Below are positions 11,203 through 21,275 of a stretch of 64,000 nucleotides of DNA, in pieces. The notes beneath the pieces were generated by a model, which made no database searches, was not told the DNA's origin, and saw only the letters and a list, made by a program, of their open reading frames with translations. Position 1 is the stretch's first letter. Each line of letters starts with the position of its first letter. The translations under genes and the position numbers were made by a program. Origin of the DNA: Candidatus Latescibacterota bacterium (GTDB lineage Bacteria; Latescibacterota; UBA2968; UBA8231); the NCBI GenBank assembly GCA_965248265.1, contig CBDFJF010000002.1, positions 1,760,001 to 1,824,000 on the forward strand. Direction: 5' to 3'.

Positions 11203-13134
11203 CTACAGGTTCTGCCGCGCCCACTCGAGGAATACGAGGAGGACCTTCGGGCTCCACTCACCGATGATGAGCCCGAGGAAAAGCGGCTTCAGCCTGCCGT
11301 AGAGACGAGGCCCGCCAAAGCGCAGGACCGCGGTCTTGATCGCCCACGCCAACAGGATGCTGATGAACATCTTGTAGACGACGAGGCCGACCGGGAAACC
11401 GATTGGGTGGAAGGGCCACCAGACGAAGCGCTGCCGCGCGAACATGAGCAGCCCCATGACCAGGGCGCCGATGCCGGTGTGACCCCAATAACCCCAATTC
11501 GGGCCCGTTGTGGTCTGCAATCGAGCGGCCGCGTCCTGCCACTGGTGGTACCCCTGAGACTTCACCGTGTGGGTGATGTTCAGGCCCCCGTGCTCGTAGC
11601 TGGAATCCAGGAACACGAAGATGGCGCCACACAGGGTCACCGCGATGCCGATCAACATGCTGGCGAAGATCATCCGCCGATACCGCTGGATACTCTCGTC
11701 CACCACTTTGAGGCCCTGAGCCGCCGAGGCCATCACCAGGATGATCATGTCGGCCGCCCAGGCGTAGGTAAAGCCCAGGGCGACGATTCCCTTGGGGCCC
11801 AGGGCGCGGGTACCGAAGCCCCCGACGATGGCGTCGGAAGCGATGATCGGGCACGCGAACCAGGGAATGCCGCCCTCGCAGACGACGCGAGTGATCCCCA
11901 AATACAATAGGAAAGCCAGCAACAGGTAGAGTGGCGCGATCCAGGCGGGCAGTCCGAGGCGCCACAGCCAGAAGGACATGAAGGCGAAGCTGCCGAGGAA
12001 GCCGACGACGGCGGTGCGATAGGACATGATCTCGTCCGCCTCGCTGTCGTCGACATCGGACGGAAGGCCGACGGCGCGGCGCAGGACGGCGACGATGTGG
12101 CGGCGCGCGTTCCACAGGCCGACGACGACGAGGGCGATGAAAGCGCCGAGTCCTTCGAAGGAGAAGGTCGTTGGCGTGCGCGTCCAGGGACTCATCAGTG
12201 GGTCCGTCTCGCCGCCGCCCATGAGGGTGGAGACGATCTGGTAGGCCATGTAGACGAAGTAGTAGAAGCAGATGCCCAGGGTCACGTCGCGGCGGATGAA
12301 ATAGGCAAAGCCGATCATCATGAAGTTGATGCCCACGCGCAGGCGCACGGCCTCGCGAAAGAGGTAGACGTACTCGCCGCTGACGTAGATCGGATCGAGG
12401 GGGAAGTACTTGGAGAGGCCGTTGTTGACGCCGATGATGAAGGGGATGATGAAGCCGGCCCAGAAGAGCCAGTTGCGGAACAGCGGCTTCATCAAGCGCT
12501 GCGAGCCGTCGGCGTCATCCTGAATCATCGAGATCGGCAACTGCATCATCGGGTAGACGAGCCGCTCGTGGTCCATCCACTGTTTGCGCAGGATGACGAC
12601 GGCGCAGATCATGGCGATGTAGAGGCACATGACAAGGGGGGCCCAACCGACAACCAGGGCCGGCAGCCAGATGCCCCACGGGATGCTCCCATCCCCGGAC
12701 CCCTCGTAGAAGCCACGGATGTCCTGGGCGTGGTGGGACGGCACGACCCAGTCGGGGATGAACGGCAACACGGCCTCTGCCCAGGTGTTCTCGGGCGAGA
12801 CGTAGTATGCCATGGTGGTGATGTGGGGCAGCAGGTAAGCGGTCAGGCCGGTCGAGGAGACGGCGGAGCCGACGATCCACATCACGTAGACCTGCGCCAG
12901 CTCGGCCTGCGACAGCATCCAGTTGCGGTTGAAGAGCCCGAGGACCGGGTTTATGAACAGCGCCATCAGGAACAGCATGAGGTTGGCGCCGATGGTGTAG
13001 TGCCAGCCGGCCAAGGCCCAGATGTCGAGCACGTAACAGCAGTAGTTGAACCCCGCGCCCGTGATCACGCACCCGAGGGTGCCGACGACGAGGCCGCGGT
13101 AGGTGCAGCCGGTGCCGGGTCGGGGCTGGTCCAT
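11203..13134 (-). CDS. DUF6785/DUF6784-type polytopic membrane protein
   Basis: LRKQWMDHERLVYP, TRVVCEGG, WWPFHPIG, PLFLGLIIGE; many TM helices. Confidence 0.8.
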   Translation of the reverse strand: MDQPRPGTGCTYRGLVVGTLGCVITGAGFNYCCYVLDIWALAGWHYTIGANLMLFLMALFINPVLGLFNRNWMLSQAELAQVYVMWIVGSAVSSTGLTAYLLPHITTMAYYVSPENTWAEAVLPFIPDWVVPSHHAQDIRGFYEGSGDGSIPWGIWLPALVVGWAPLVMCLYIAMICAVVILRKQWMDHERLVYPMMQLPISMIQDDADGSQRLMKPLFRNWLFWAGFIIPFIIGVNNGLSKYFPLDPIYVSGEYVYLFREAVRLRVGINFMMIGFAYFIRRDVTLGICFYYFVYMAYQIVSTLMGGGETDPLMSPWTRTPTTFSFEGLGAFIALVVVGLWNARRHIVAVLRRAVGLPSDVDDSEADEIMSYRTAVVGFLGSFAFMSFWLWRLGLPAWIAPLYLLLAFLLYLGITRVVCEGGIPWFACPIIASDAIVGGFGTRALGPKGIVALGFTYAWAADMIILVMASAAQGLKVVDESIQRYRRMIFASMLIGIAVTLCGAIFVFLDSSYEHGGLNITHTVKSQGYHQWQDAAARLQTTTGPNWGYWGHTGIGALVMGLLMFARQRFVWWPFHPIGFPVGLVVYKMFISILLAWAIKTAVLRFGGPRLYGRLKPLFLGLIIGEWSPKVLLVFLEWARQNL

Positions 13135-13286
13135 GCTCGCAAGGGGAGAAGGGGATGGCGGAGAGGCGCGGCCTGGCTCGCCGGTCTCGTGGTTCGCCTT
13201 TCGTGTGAATATGGCACATCCGGGCGGCGTGCCAAAGCACAAAGCGCGCCCTTGCGTCCAACGGCAATGATGCCAACTCTGTATGG

Positions 13287-14753
13287 ATGCCGAAACCACA
13301 CATCCTCTTTCTGTTCACCGATCAACAGCGCGCCGACTGCCTCAGTTGCGCCGGCCACCCAGTGCTCAAGACGCCCCACATGGACCGCCTGGCAGCCGAG
13401 GGGGTGCGTTTTACCAACTGTTTCACAACCAGTCCGCTGTGCGTGCCAGCGCGCCAGACGATCATGACCGGGTTGTATCCACACAACTCCAACATGTGGC
13501 AGAACGATGCCGAAACCCCCGTTGACGCCGACACCTACGTCAGACGGCTGCGGGCGTCAGGGTACCGCACCTGCGGCATCGGCAAGCATCATCTGTATAG
13601 CGCTAACAAGGGAGCCAATCTGTACGAGCACGAGTCGAAGTTCCGCGCCATCGGGTTCGACCACGTCGAGCCGACCGGCGGCACGTGGAGCAACACGACC
13701 TGCACTTCACCCTACACCGATCACCTGAAGAGCCTCGGTCTGCTGGATGGCTTCCGCCAATACCTGCTCGAACTCGAAGCCAAACCGGACGAAGAGCGAC
13801 GCTACACCGCCGAGGCCCTCCCGCTTCCGGCCGAGCATTACCCCGACGCCTTTGCCGGCCGGCGGGTGGAGGCCTACATCGACCAATACGAGAGTGACGA
13901 ACCGAGCTTCGTGTACGTCGGTTTCCAGGGACCGCACGAGCCGTGGGACGCTCCGGATGCCTGCAGCGAGTTCGACACCAGCCTGCTGCCCGCCCCCATC
14001 CCCGAACTGCCGCAGGGGGAGTGGCTCCCGGATATCAGCCGCTGGTACCAGCGTTGGGCGCAGTACTACCCGCCTTCGAGTGCGCAGGCGCTGCAGGCCA
14101 TTACCTGCCGCTATCTCGGAAAGATCGCGCAGATCGACGCTGAGATCGGGCGCATCCTCGCCGCCTATGAGCGCAAGGGTTGGCTCGACAACACGGTCGT
14201 CGTGTTTGCCAGTGATCACGGCGAGATGCTCGGCGATCTCAACCGGCTGTCGAAGAGTGTTTGCTACGACTCGGCGATCAGGGTGCCGATGATCGTCCGC
14301 CTGCCCGACGGGGTCGGCTCCGGGACCACCCGCAACGGCTTCGTGGAGACGATCGATATCCACGGCACCATTCTGGATGCGGCCGGCTGCGAGCCGATAC
14401 CGGGCGCTGATGCGCTCTCCGTGTTGCCCTTGGTGCGGGGAAGCGACGATGACCGGTTGAGGTCAGACGTGCTCGCCGAGGTGCATGCCCACTACATGCT
14501 ACGAACACAGCGCTGGAAGATCGTCATCGGCCGCGACGGCCAGACAATGGCGCTGTTCGACCTGGAGAAGGATCCACTCGAGCAATTTAATTACTGCGGC
14601 CACCCTGATTACGGACAGGCCGAAATTGAGATGCGCAGCAGGCTGTTGGGCCGGCTGACCGCCGGTACCTACCGGCCGGGGAATGTCGACCCCGAATTGA
14701 GCGCCCATGGCCACGAGGGACCGGATGCGGGCAACCTCTGGAAGAGCGGATGA
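13287..14753 (+). CDS. Formylglycine-dependent sulfatase
   Basis: DQQR, CVPAR (CxPxR), GKHH, PHEPW, SDHG. Confidence 0.95.
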   Translation: MPKPHILFLFTDQQRADCLSCAGHPVLKTPHMDRLAAEGVRFTNCFTTSPLCVPARQTIMTGLYPHNSNMWQNDAETPVDADTYVRRLRASGYRTCGIGKHHLYSANKGANLYEHESKFRAIGFDHVEPTGGTWSNTTCTSPYTDHLKSLGLLDGFRQYLLELEAKPDEERRYTAEALPLPAEHYPDAFAGRRVEAYIDQYESDEPSFVYVGFQGPHEPWDAPDACSEFDTSLLPAPIPELPQGEWLPDISRWYQRWAQYYPPSSAQALQAITCRYLGKIAQIDAEIGRILAAYERKGWLDNTVVVFASDHGEMLGDLNRLSKSVCYDSAIRVPMIVRLPDGVGSGTTRNGFVETIDIHGTILDAAGCEPIPGADALSVLPLVRGSDDDRLRSDVLAEVHAHYMLRTQRWKIVIGRDGQTMALFDLEKDPLEQFNYCGHPDYGQAEIEMRSRLLGRLTAGTYRPGNVDPELSAHGHEGPDAGNLWKSG

Positions 14754-14808
14754 GCGTCGGCAGATGAGTCTGATCTACGCTGCAGCGGCGGCGCTCCAAT
14801 GGTCCTTC
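14276..14808 (+). repeat. Direct repeat, copy 1 (sulfatase 3' end and downstream DNA; copy 2 at 21276-21810)
   Basis: Near-identical sequence from GATCAGGGTGCCG to GGTCCTTC. Confidence 0.95.
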
Positions 14809-14831
14809 CGTGACCCGGCCAAGCGCATCAA
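14807..14831 (+). repeat. 25-bp direct repeat, copy 1
   Basis: TCCGTGACCCGGCCAAGCGCATCAA, also at 17975-17999. Confidence 0.9.
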
Positions 14832-14877
14832 TTGTAGAGCGTGACCAGGCGAGGAATGTCTGCATCGAGTGGGAATG

Positions 14878-15174
14878 TTAGGAGGTACAAACGAATGAAG
14901 AAGGAGGAGGAGTTGTTGAGCTAGTAACAGATTCTATTTTCAGCATGCCTTCGCTCTGGTTCAGTGAGTCTAGCGAGGCGATTCCAGTCATGAGGTTGCC
15001 TTCGAGAATCTCGGCGCGATCCACTTCTGTGTGCGATGACTCGTCGATCAAGATGATGAGTTCACCTGGTACCCACTTGTTCTCTGGGCCGTCCGGTGCT
15101 TCATCCTCTTGGCCAGAGACTGACGTGGCACAGACTGCCAGCAATAGGATCAGATACGGCCTGGCATCAGTCAT
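14878..15174 (-). pseudogene. Truncated N-terminus of a secreted protein, probably an S8 protease prodomain
   Basis: Signal peptide, KWVPGELII and TGIASLDSLN, then abrupt end. Confidence 0.5.
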
Positions 15175-15364
15175 TTTGCTGCGACTACCAAGTCCTTGAC
15201 GATCGCCCAAGACGTTCATTTCAGCCGAATATATCATGTTCATGACTACTGTGACATCCGTAGAATTACGGATTCACTTGTTGCGCAATGCATTGTTGGA
15301 GAGGTAGGTTGAAAGCAGGTTAACGAGGACTTACCACACCCATCGGATTCGGATCAGGAACGCG

Positions 15365-17881
15365 ATGCCCGCCTCCATCTCTATCATGCGTTGCCTTTTC
15401 TGCTGCATCGTCGCCACAGCTGTGTCATCAGCTGCACAGGCGCCCCACGGTATAGAAGAACGGGAGCAGAATACCTCCTTTGCCATTCATACGTCGGCTC
15501 CCTCGACCGAGATGAGCCTGCGGCAGGTCTTTGCCGATCGCCTTGGCCACCTGCCGGTCGGCCTCACACATGCTGGAGACGGCAGCGAGCGTCTTTTCTG
15601 GTTGAACAAGGAGGGTCTAGTCCAGGTCTGGCACCACAGCAAGGGCGTTGTGCAACATGCGAGGTTTTTCCTGGTGATCAGAGACCAGGTAAACTCTTCC
15701 CATTTCGAATCCGGCTTGCTGGGCATGGCCTTTCACCCAAACTATGCCAGCAACGGGCGGTTCTATGTGTACTACACCCACGGGGAGGTGTACTCGCGGA
15801 TCTCGGAGTTCCAGGTTTCCAGCACCAACCCGGACTCGGCAGACACGTCTAGCGAACGCATCTTACTGGACATCGAACAACACACACCGAGCCACTTCGG
15901 CGGTCAGCTCGCCTTCGGGCCAGATGGGTACTTGTACATCGCCCTTGGGGACGGACGCCGTATCGACGAAAACGGCGTCAACCTGGCACAGACCCCGAGC
16001 TTCCTGCACGGCTCTATCCTGCGGATCGACGTCGATGCCAGCACGGGAGAGCTGCCCTACGGTATCCCGGGGGACAATCCATTCGTCGGCAACGACCGCG
16101 GTTGGCGTGAGGAGATCTGGGCCTGGGGACTGCGCAATCCATGGCGGTTCAGCTTCGACCGCGAGACGGGAGAGCTGTGGGCAGGAGATGTGGGCGAACA
16201 TTCCTGGGAAGAGTTGAATCTGATCGAGAAGGGGAGGAATTACGGTTGGCCCATCATGGAGGGTGATGAGTGCAACGGTGAGATCGATTGCGACCAGGCA
16301 GACTACGCTCTGCCGGTTTTTAGCTATGAGCACCGGGGATCTGCCGCGGTGATCGGTGGGTTCGTTTACCGCGGCACACGCTTGCCCCAGCTGCAGGGCG
16401 CTTATCTGTATGCGGATTACCTCGATGGCAGGATCTGGGCTCTACGCCACGAGAACGGCCAGGTCATCGAAAACCGTCTCCTCGCCATCAGTCCTTCTTT
16501 AATATCAAGTCTCGGTGAGGATGAAGCCGGGGAGATCTACGTGCTGGCCACCGATGGTCCAACATACGTCCTGGAGGACAGCCCATCCGATGTAGAGCCC
16601 GAGCAGATTCCGTCGACCCTCTCCACTTCGGGCCTCTTCAGTCAAATCACCTCGCAAACCCCCTCGCCTGGTCTGATTCCCTACTCAGTAAATGCCCAAT
16701 TGTGGTCTGACGGCGCCTTCAAAACTCGCCTGATGGCTTTGCCGAACCAGCAACTCGTCGGCTTTTCTCCCAACGGTTTCTGGCGCTTTCCGCAGGGTAC
16801 GGTCTTCGTGAAGAATTTCTACCTGGAAATGGAAAGAGGTGACCCTGAGAGCCGCCGCATCGTCGAGACTCGACTGCTCGTAAAGAACACGAGAGGCGTG
16901 GAATGGTCGGGCTTGAGCTACCGCTGGAACGACGAGGGCACAGACGCGAGTCTGCTCGATGACAGCCATACGGAGACGTACACGGTCGTGGATGCGGAAA
17001 GCCCGGACGGCCATCGCGACCAATCCTACTATTTTCCCAGCCGGGACGAGTGCAACCTGTGCCATACCCGGGCTGCCGGTTTCGTCCTGGGAGCCCACAC
17101 GGCGCAAATGAACAAAACGCACACGTATGGGGACATAGAGGACAACCAGTTGCGTAGCTACGATCACATCGGGCTCTTCGGAACTAATAGCGTCGGCGAA
17201 GACTACAGTGGATTCCCCTCGCAACCCGACCCGCAGGATGTCGAAGAGGATGTAGCTCTGCGTGCGCGTTCTTACCTGGATGCCAATTGCTCGCAGTGTC
17301 ACCGGCCCCAGGGCACAGGCCGCTCCAACATGAACCTGCGATACTCCACGCCCCTTGAGCTGACCCACACCTTGCACATCCCGCCAGCCCTGGAGGATAT
17401 GGGAGTAGAGGGTGCCGCGCTCATCACCCCGGGCGCCCCCGAGCGCTCACTGGTTTATCTGCGGATGTTGAGTCTCGATGATCTCCGAATGCCCCCGCTG
17501 GCAACGTCGATAGTGGATCGGGAGGGGGCCGAGTTAATCAGTAGCTGGATACGCACAATGCCCGACGCCACCAGTGTCGCTGTAGAGAGCAGCCCTGGGC
17601 CTCTCTCGTTCAAACTAGCGCAGAACTATCCCAATCCCTTCAACTCCAGCACGGCGATACCCTTCGCCCTCCGACAAAATGGGCCTGTGGAGCTGGTCGT
17701 CTACAACCTGGCCGGTCAGGAGGTGGTGATCCTGGTCGATGAGACGCGCCATGCCGGGACCCACGTAGTCCATTGGAATGGTCACGACGGTGCGGGTAAC
17801 GCCGTGGCTAGTGGTGTCTATGTGTATCGGCTACAATCTGTGGCAGATGTGCAGGTGCGGAAGCTGGTCTTGGTGCGATAG
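15365..17881 (+). CDS. PQQ-dependent sugar dehydrogenase (GSDH-like) + diheme cytochrome c + T9SS type A-like/FlgD C-terminal domain
   Basis: GLLGMAFHP, HFGGQLAFGPDG, WGLRNPWRFSFD; CNLCH and CSQCH; LAQNYPNPFN...SGVYVYRL...RKLVLVR. Confidence 0.9.
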   Translation: MPASISIMRCLFCCIVATAVSSAAQAPHGIEEREQNTSFAIHTSAPSTEMSLRQVFADRLGHLPVGLTHAGDGSERLFWLNKEGLVQVWHHSKGVVQHARFFLVIRDQVNSSHFESGLLGMAFHPNYASNGRFYVYYTHGEVYSRISEFQVSSTNPDSADTSSERILLDIEQHTPSHFGGQLAFGPDGYLYIALGDGRRIDENGVNLAQTPSFLHGSILRIDVDASTGELPYGIPGDNPFVGNDRGWREEIWAWGLRNPWRFSFDRETGELWAGDVGEHSWEELNLIEKGRNYGWPIMEGDECNGEIDCDQADYALPVFSYEHRGSAAVIGGFVYRGTRLPQLQGAYLYADYLDGRIWALRHENGQVIENRLLAISPSLISSLGEDEAGEIYVLATDGPTYVLEDSPSDVEPEQIPSTLSTSGLFSQITSQTPSPGLIPYSVNAQLWSDGAFKTRLMALPNQQLVGFSPNGFWRFPQGTVFVKNFYLEMERGDPESRRIVETRLLVKNTRGVEWSGLSYRWNDEGTDASLLDDSHTETYTVVDAESPDGHRDQSYYFPSRDECNLCHTRAAGFVLGAHTAQMNKTHTYGDIEDNQLRSYDHIGLFGTNSVGEDYSGFPSQPDPQDVEEDVALRARSYLDANCSQCHRPQGTGRSNMNLRYSTPLELTHTLHIPPALEDMGVEGAALITPGAPERSLVYLRMLSLDDLRMPPLATSIVDREGAELISSWIRTMPDATSVAVESSPGPLSFKLAQNYPNPFNSSTAIPFALRQNGPVELVVYNLAGQEVVILVDETRHAGTHVVHWNGHDGAGNAVASGVYVYRLQSVADVQVRKLVLVR

Positions 17882-17974
17882 TGACGGCATCACCCGTGGA
17901 GATCTACCGACCCCATGAGATTGAAGCCCATCCCGTCATAACGACCGACGGTCGGTGGCCCTGCGCTCACGAGA

Positions 17975-17999
17975 TCCGTGACCCGGCCAAGCGCATCAA
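17975..17999 (+). repeat. 25-bp direct repeat, copy 2
   Basis: Identical to 14807-14831. Confidence 0.9.
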
Positions 18000-18832
18000 C
18001 CGAGGTGGGTGGTGTATCGAATCCGACACACCAACGTTGCCAATCTCTCCCTTAACACTGGGGGGCCACTGCCCGTACCGCAAAAGGGCCTTTATCTTCA
18101 CTATACGTGGCTACCGGCCATTACTGGATGGTGCTGTTCGAAGCGTTGACGGAGACGGGGTACACCGTTTCCGTGATCAACCCGCTGGTGATCTCCGCCC
18201 GCCGCAACATCACCATCCGGGGCAGCAAGACCGACAGCGTTGACTCCCTGCTCATCGCCCTGGTGCTGCGTGAAACACAGTTGAAAGTGTGTGCGATCGC
18301 TGACGACCAGGTCCAGCAACTGCGTGATCTTACGCGCCTGCGTTTCGAATGTGCTCAAACCGCCATCGGCGAAAAATACCGTCTCATCAGCCTTCTCGAT
18401 CTGGCTTTTCCGGAGTATCAGGAACATTTCTCCGACCTCTTCGGTGCCTCCAGTCGCGCCGTGCTGGCCGAATTTCCCACCGCCAAGCAGCTGGCCAAAG
18501 TCGACATTCGCCGGTTGACCCGATTGCTCCACGAAACCAGCCGCGGCTACTTTGGTCGGGCTCACGCGCAACGACTGAAGGAGGCCGCCAAAAACTCCTT
18601 CGCCCTGGCGGGTCGCGCCGAGGCCCTGGCGCTGGAGATCCGTTTCGTCGTCGAGCGACTCAATAGAAGGATCGCGGCAAGCACCACATGGTAGCGCTCA
18701 CACACGTCGCCAACAAGATGCTACATGTAATCTTCTCGGTTTTGAAGAATGACAGACCTTACACGCCCATACTCACGTAAAGGCAACTATCGACAATGCC
18801 CATGATTGGGGTTGACTATTTACCGCTTGTCT
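18000..18832 (+). mobile_element. Degenerate IS110-family element (boundaries approximate)
   Basis: ATGHYW, VINP, KTDSVDS, LRDLTR; N-terminus missing; deletion near 18665 joins an out-of-frame tail GKHHMVALTHVANKMLHVIFSVLK...*. Confidence 0.9.
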
Positions 18833-18838
18833 AACCGT

Positions 18839-18867
18839 TTGGATTTCCGGGCGCAATTCCACATATT
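18839..18867 (+). promoter_or_regulatory. Putative sigma70 promoter of the gene at 19100
   Basis: TTGGAT-17bp-CATATT; aligns without gaps to the promoter at 52793-52821. Confidence 0.55.
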
Positions 18868-18935
18868 AATGGTCATAGAATGGAGAGCTGCATATCCGGA
18901 GGACTATATGCGAACTAAGCTCACATCCCAAAAAA

Positions 18936-19017
18936 CGTAAGTCGTTTATTTACAATGCTTAACGAGCTTAACGAAAAGGAGGTATTCGAGGGAAGCTCGC
19001 ATTTCAGAATCAGCGCA
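18936..19017 (+). promoter_or_regulatory. Conserved 5' leader blocks, copy A
   Basis: CGTAAGTNNTTTATTTACA and AAAGGAGGT..AGGGAAG..CTCGCATTTCAGAATCA shared with 52893-53035. Confidence 0.65.
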
Positions 19018-19099
19018 ACACCAGCATTTATATCTCTACAGCAGCAATTATCTTCACAACGCAGTACTCATCTTTCCACAGTTAAAAGGAGAAGCAACA

Positions 19100-20002
19100 G
19101 TGAAGAAGATTATTGTAATGGCTGCGGTTCTGGGTCTCGTGCTGACCACCTTCACTCCGAGTTCAGCCCACGTGCCATCGGAGAAGAACTTTGTGGCGCT
19201 GCAGGTGCCCATCAGCGACTCTGGAGTCCAGAACCTGGAGGTGAACGGTGATCTGAGCGAGTGGGACAACGTGCCGTCCGCGTTCTGGACCACCCATGAT
19301 GACCTCACAGAGTTCGTCACCGGTACCCAGGGTGAACCGGATGCGGGCAATCTCGCCGAGCGCATCATCATCGGCTGGAGCCCAGAGACCAACTTCATTT
19401 ACGTCATGGAGGAAAAGTTCGACCAACTCTGGTACGGCCAGGGCGAGGACAACAACGATTTACTCGAGCTCGTGATCGATGCGGACCACAGCGGCGGACA
19501 GTTCTATGGGGGAGAATTAAGTGAGAGATTTTATTCGGCCGAGGCACAGAACTGGAAGACGGTGTTCGACGCCCCCGACTCCCCCATTGTGTTGTGGGGC
19601 GGCGGAATATGGGCCGCCGTGGAGCCTTACGCCGGTCTCGGATGGAACGTCGACGGCGAAGACGGTGGCCCCGCCACCCTCTGGGCGGAGAGTTGGTTCA
19701 CCCCCTTCGACGACCTGCCCGGCGATTCGACCGGTCCCGACGACGACCGCGTGATCATCCACGACCTGACGGAAGGCGAGGTCATCGGCTTCGGCATGGC
19801 CATTCAGGACGATGACAACGGCCCGGGCGCGGGGTACAACGGCTACTGGGTCCACACTGGCGACGTCAACGTGTACCTAACCGCCGACGCCCTGGTAGAC
19901 TACACGCTACAGGGTTTTAACGCGGACTATTGGGTGGAGGACATGATGACCTCGGTTGAGTCCGACAGCTGGGCTCGCATCAAAGCGGGCTTCTCCAAGT
20001 AG
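19100..20002 (+). CDS. Secreted acidic CBM9/DOMON-like protein with a C-terminal W-[GA]-R-I-K tail
   Basis: Strong SD, signal peptide, VNGDLSEW, DADHSGG, ends TSVESDSWARIKAGFSK. Confidence 0.75.
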   Translation: MKKIIVMAAVLGLVLTTFTPSSAHVPSEKNFVALQVPISDSGVQNLEVNGDLSEWDNVPSAFWTTHDDLTEFVTGTQGEPDAGNLAERIIIGWSPETNFIYVMEEKFDQLWYGQGEDNNDLLELVIDADHSGGQFYGGELSERFYSAEAQNWKTVFDAPDSPIVLWGGGIWAAVEPYAGLGWNVDGEDGGPATLWAESWFTPFDDLPGDSTGPDDDRVIIHDLTEGEVIGFGMAIQDDDNGPGAGYNGYWVHTGDVNVYLTADALVDYTLQGFNADYWVEDMMTSVESDSWARIKAGFSK

Positions 20003-20038
20003 GGAGATTGGCTCGAGGAGCCATAGCTGCTGTTGTTG

Positions 20039-20080
20039 AAAAGGGGGCGAGATCGACGATCCTCGCCCCCCTTTTTCTTT
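20039..20080 (+). terminator. Intrinsic terminator
   Basis: GGGGGCGAG/CTCGCCCCC stem followed by a T-tract. Confidence 0.85.
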
Positions 20081-20100
20081 CCCGGGCGAAGGAGAGATAA

Positions 20101-21275
20101 GTGCGCTCATCGGCGTTTTGCTTAGTCTGTTCCGCGTTGACGTTGTCGGCCACATATCCGTGCTGGGGACAGGAGGGGTATTCGCTGGAGCCAGGCAGGG
20201 TGGTCGTCGATTCCAGAGAGCATTGGGAATTCTGGCACGCCGCCGCCCATACGGTCCAGATCAGCGATGAAGGGGTGAAGCCCGCCTTCATCCGCAAGCA
20301 CACGAGACTGGAAATAGATGGCGGGGAAGTCGTCGTTCCCGGCATCAACGCCGCCGAATTCGGCGGCGGCGTGTTGAATGCCGGATCCAATCGCCCGAGC
20401 GACACCGACGTCATGGATGGCAGGATGGACACCTTCTGGGAACCGGACGCGTCTGACCTGTTGCGAGACCGGTGGCTGCAGATCGATCTGGGCCGGACCG
20501 TATCGGCCACCAGGATTGTGCTGAAGTTTGTCGCAGAGGAGTTGGGAGACCCCTTTCTGCAGTTCAGGGTGACCACTTCACAGGGACAGAAGACCCCTAT
20601 AGGTGGTCAGCTCATTTTCCGGACACGCTTCACCACGGACAAGTCGAACAAGAGCACGCGGGTCATCGAGATCGACCTGACCAAACAGCTACCGTCGAGG
20701 TGGCCCGATGCACGGGGCGACTTCACCGGCGACGTCATCCGTTACGTCGGGGTGGGCATCACGGACAGCGACTTCGGCAGGGGGAGGCAGGTCTCCCAGT
20801 CCGAATACGACAGTCCGCCAGCCGACCAGCAGGGAGAGATAGACTACTTCCGACGAGAGACGTCAGGGAAGGACAGGTTGCTGGATGGGAAAGAGGATTG
20901 GGACGCCCTGGCGGGCACGGAGAGGCAGGGGCCTGTCGTCTATTACCGCCGCGAAATACCCCGGCTGGCAGAGATCGAGGTCTGGACCATCGGCGACAAC
21001 ATCGGTACGGGCGTACTGGAGCGGGGCGGAAGGGTGATCGCCGCCGGGGAGAACCTCACGAGGGCGGGGGCCGTGGTATGGAGACCTCTACGGCCAGGTG
21101 CTGTACTGGTCTGCCCTCGCAAGCTTTGATCTTGACAGGTTGGCGATTTCGGATCCGCGGGATGCGGAGCGCTCCATGTTCATAGATCTCGGAGGCTCCT
21201 ACTTTGTCGACCATATCAGAATACTCCACGCCATTTCGAACCCACCTCCGTTCAGAGCCTACCGCATCCAGCTCT
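20101..21275 (+). pseudogene. Truncated paralogue of the 61043-63826 protein
   Basis: QEGYSLE..VVVDSREHW, GDFTGDVIRYVGVGITDSD; frameshift near 21078; cut at YRIQL by the sulfatase duplicate. Confidence 0.9.
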
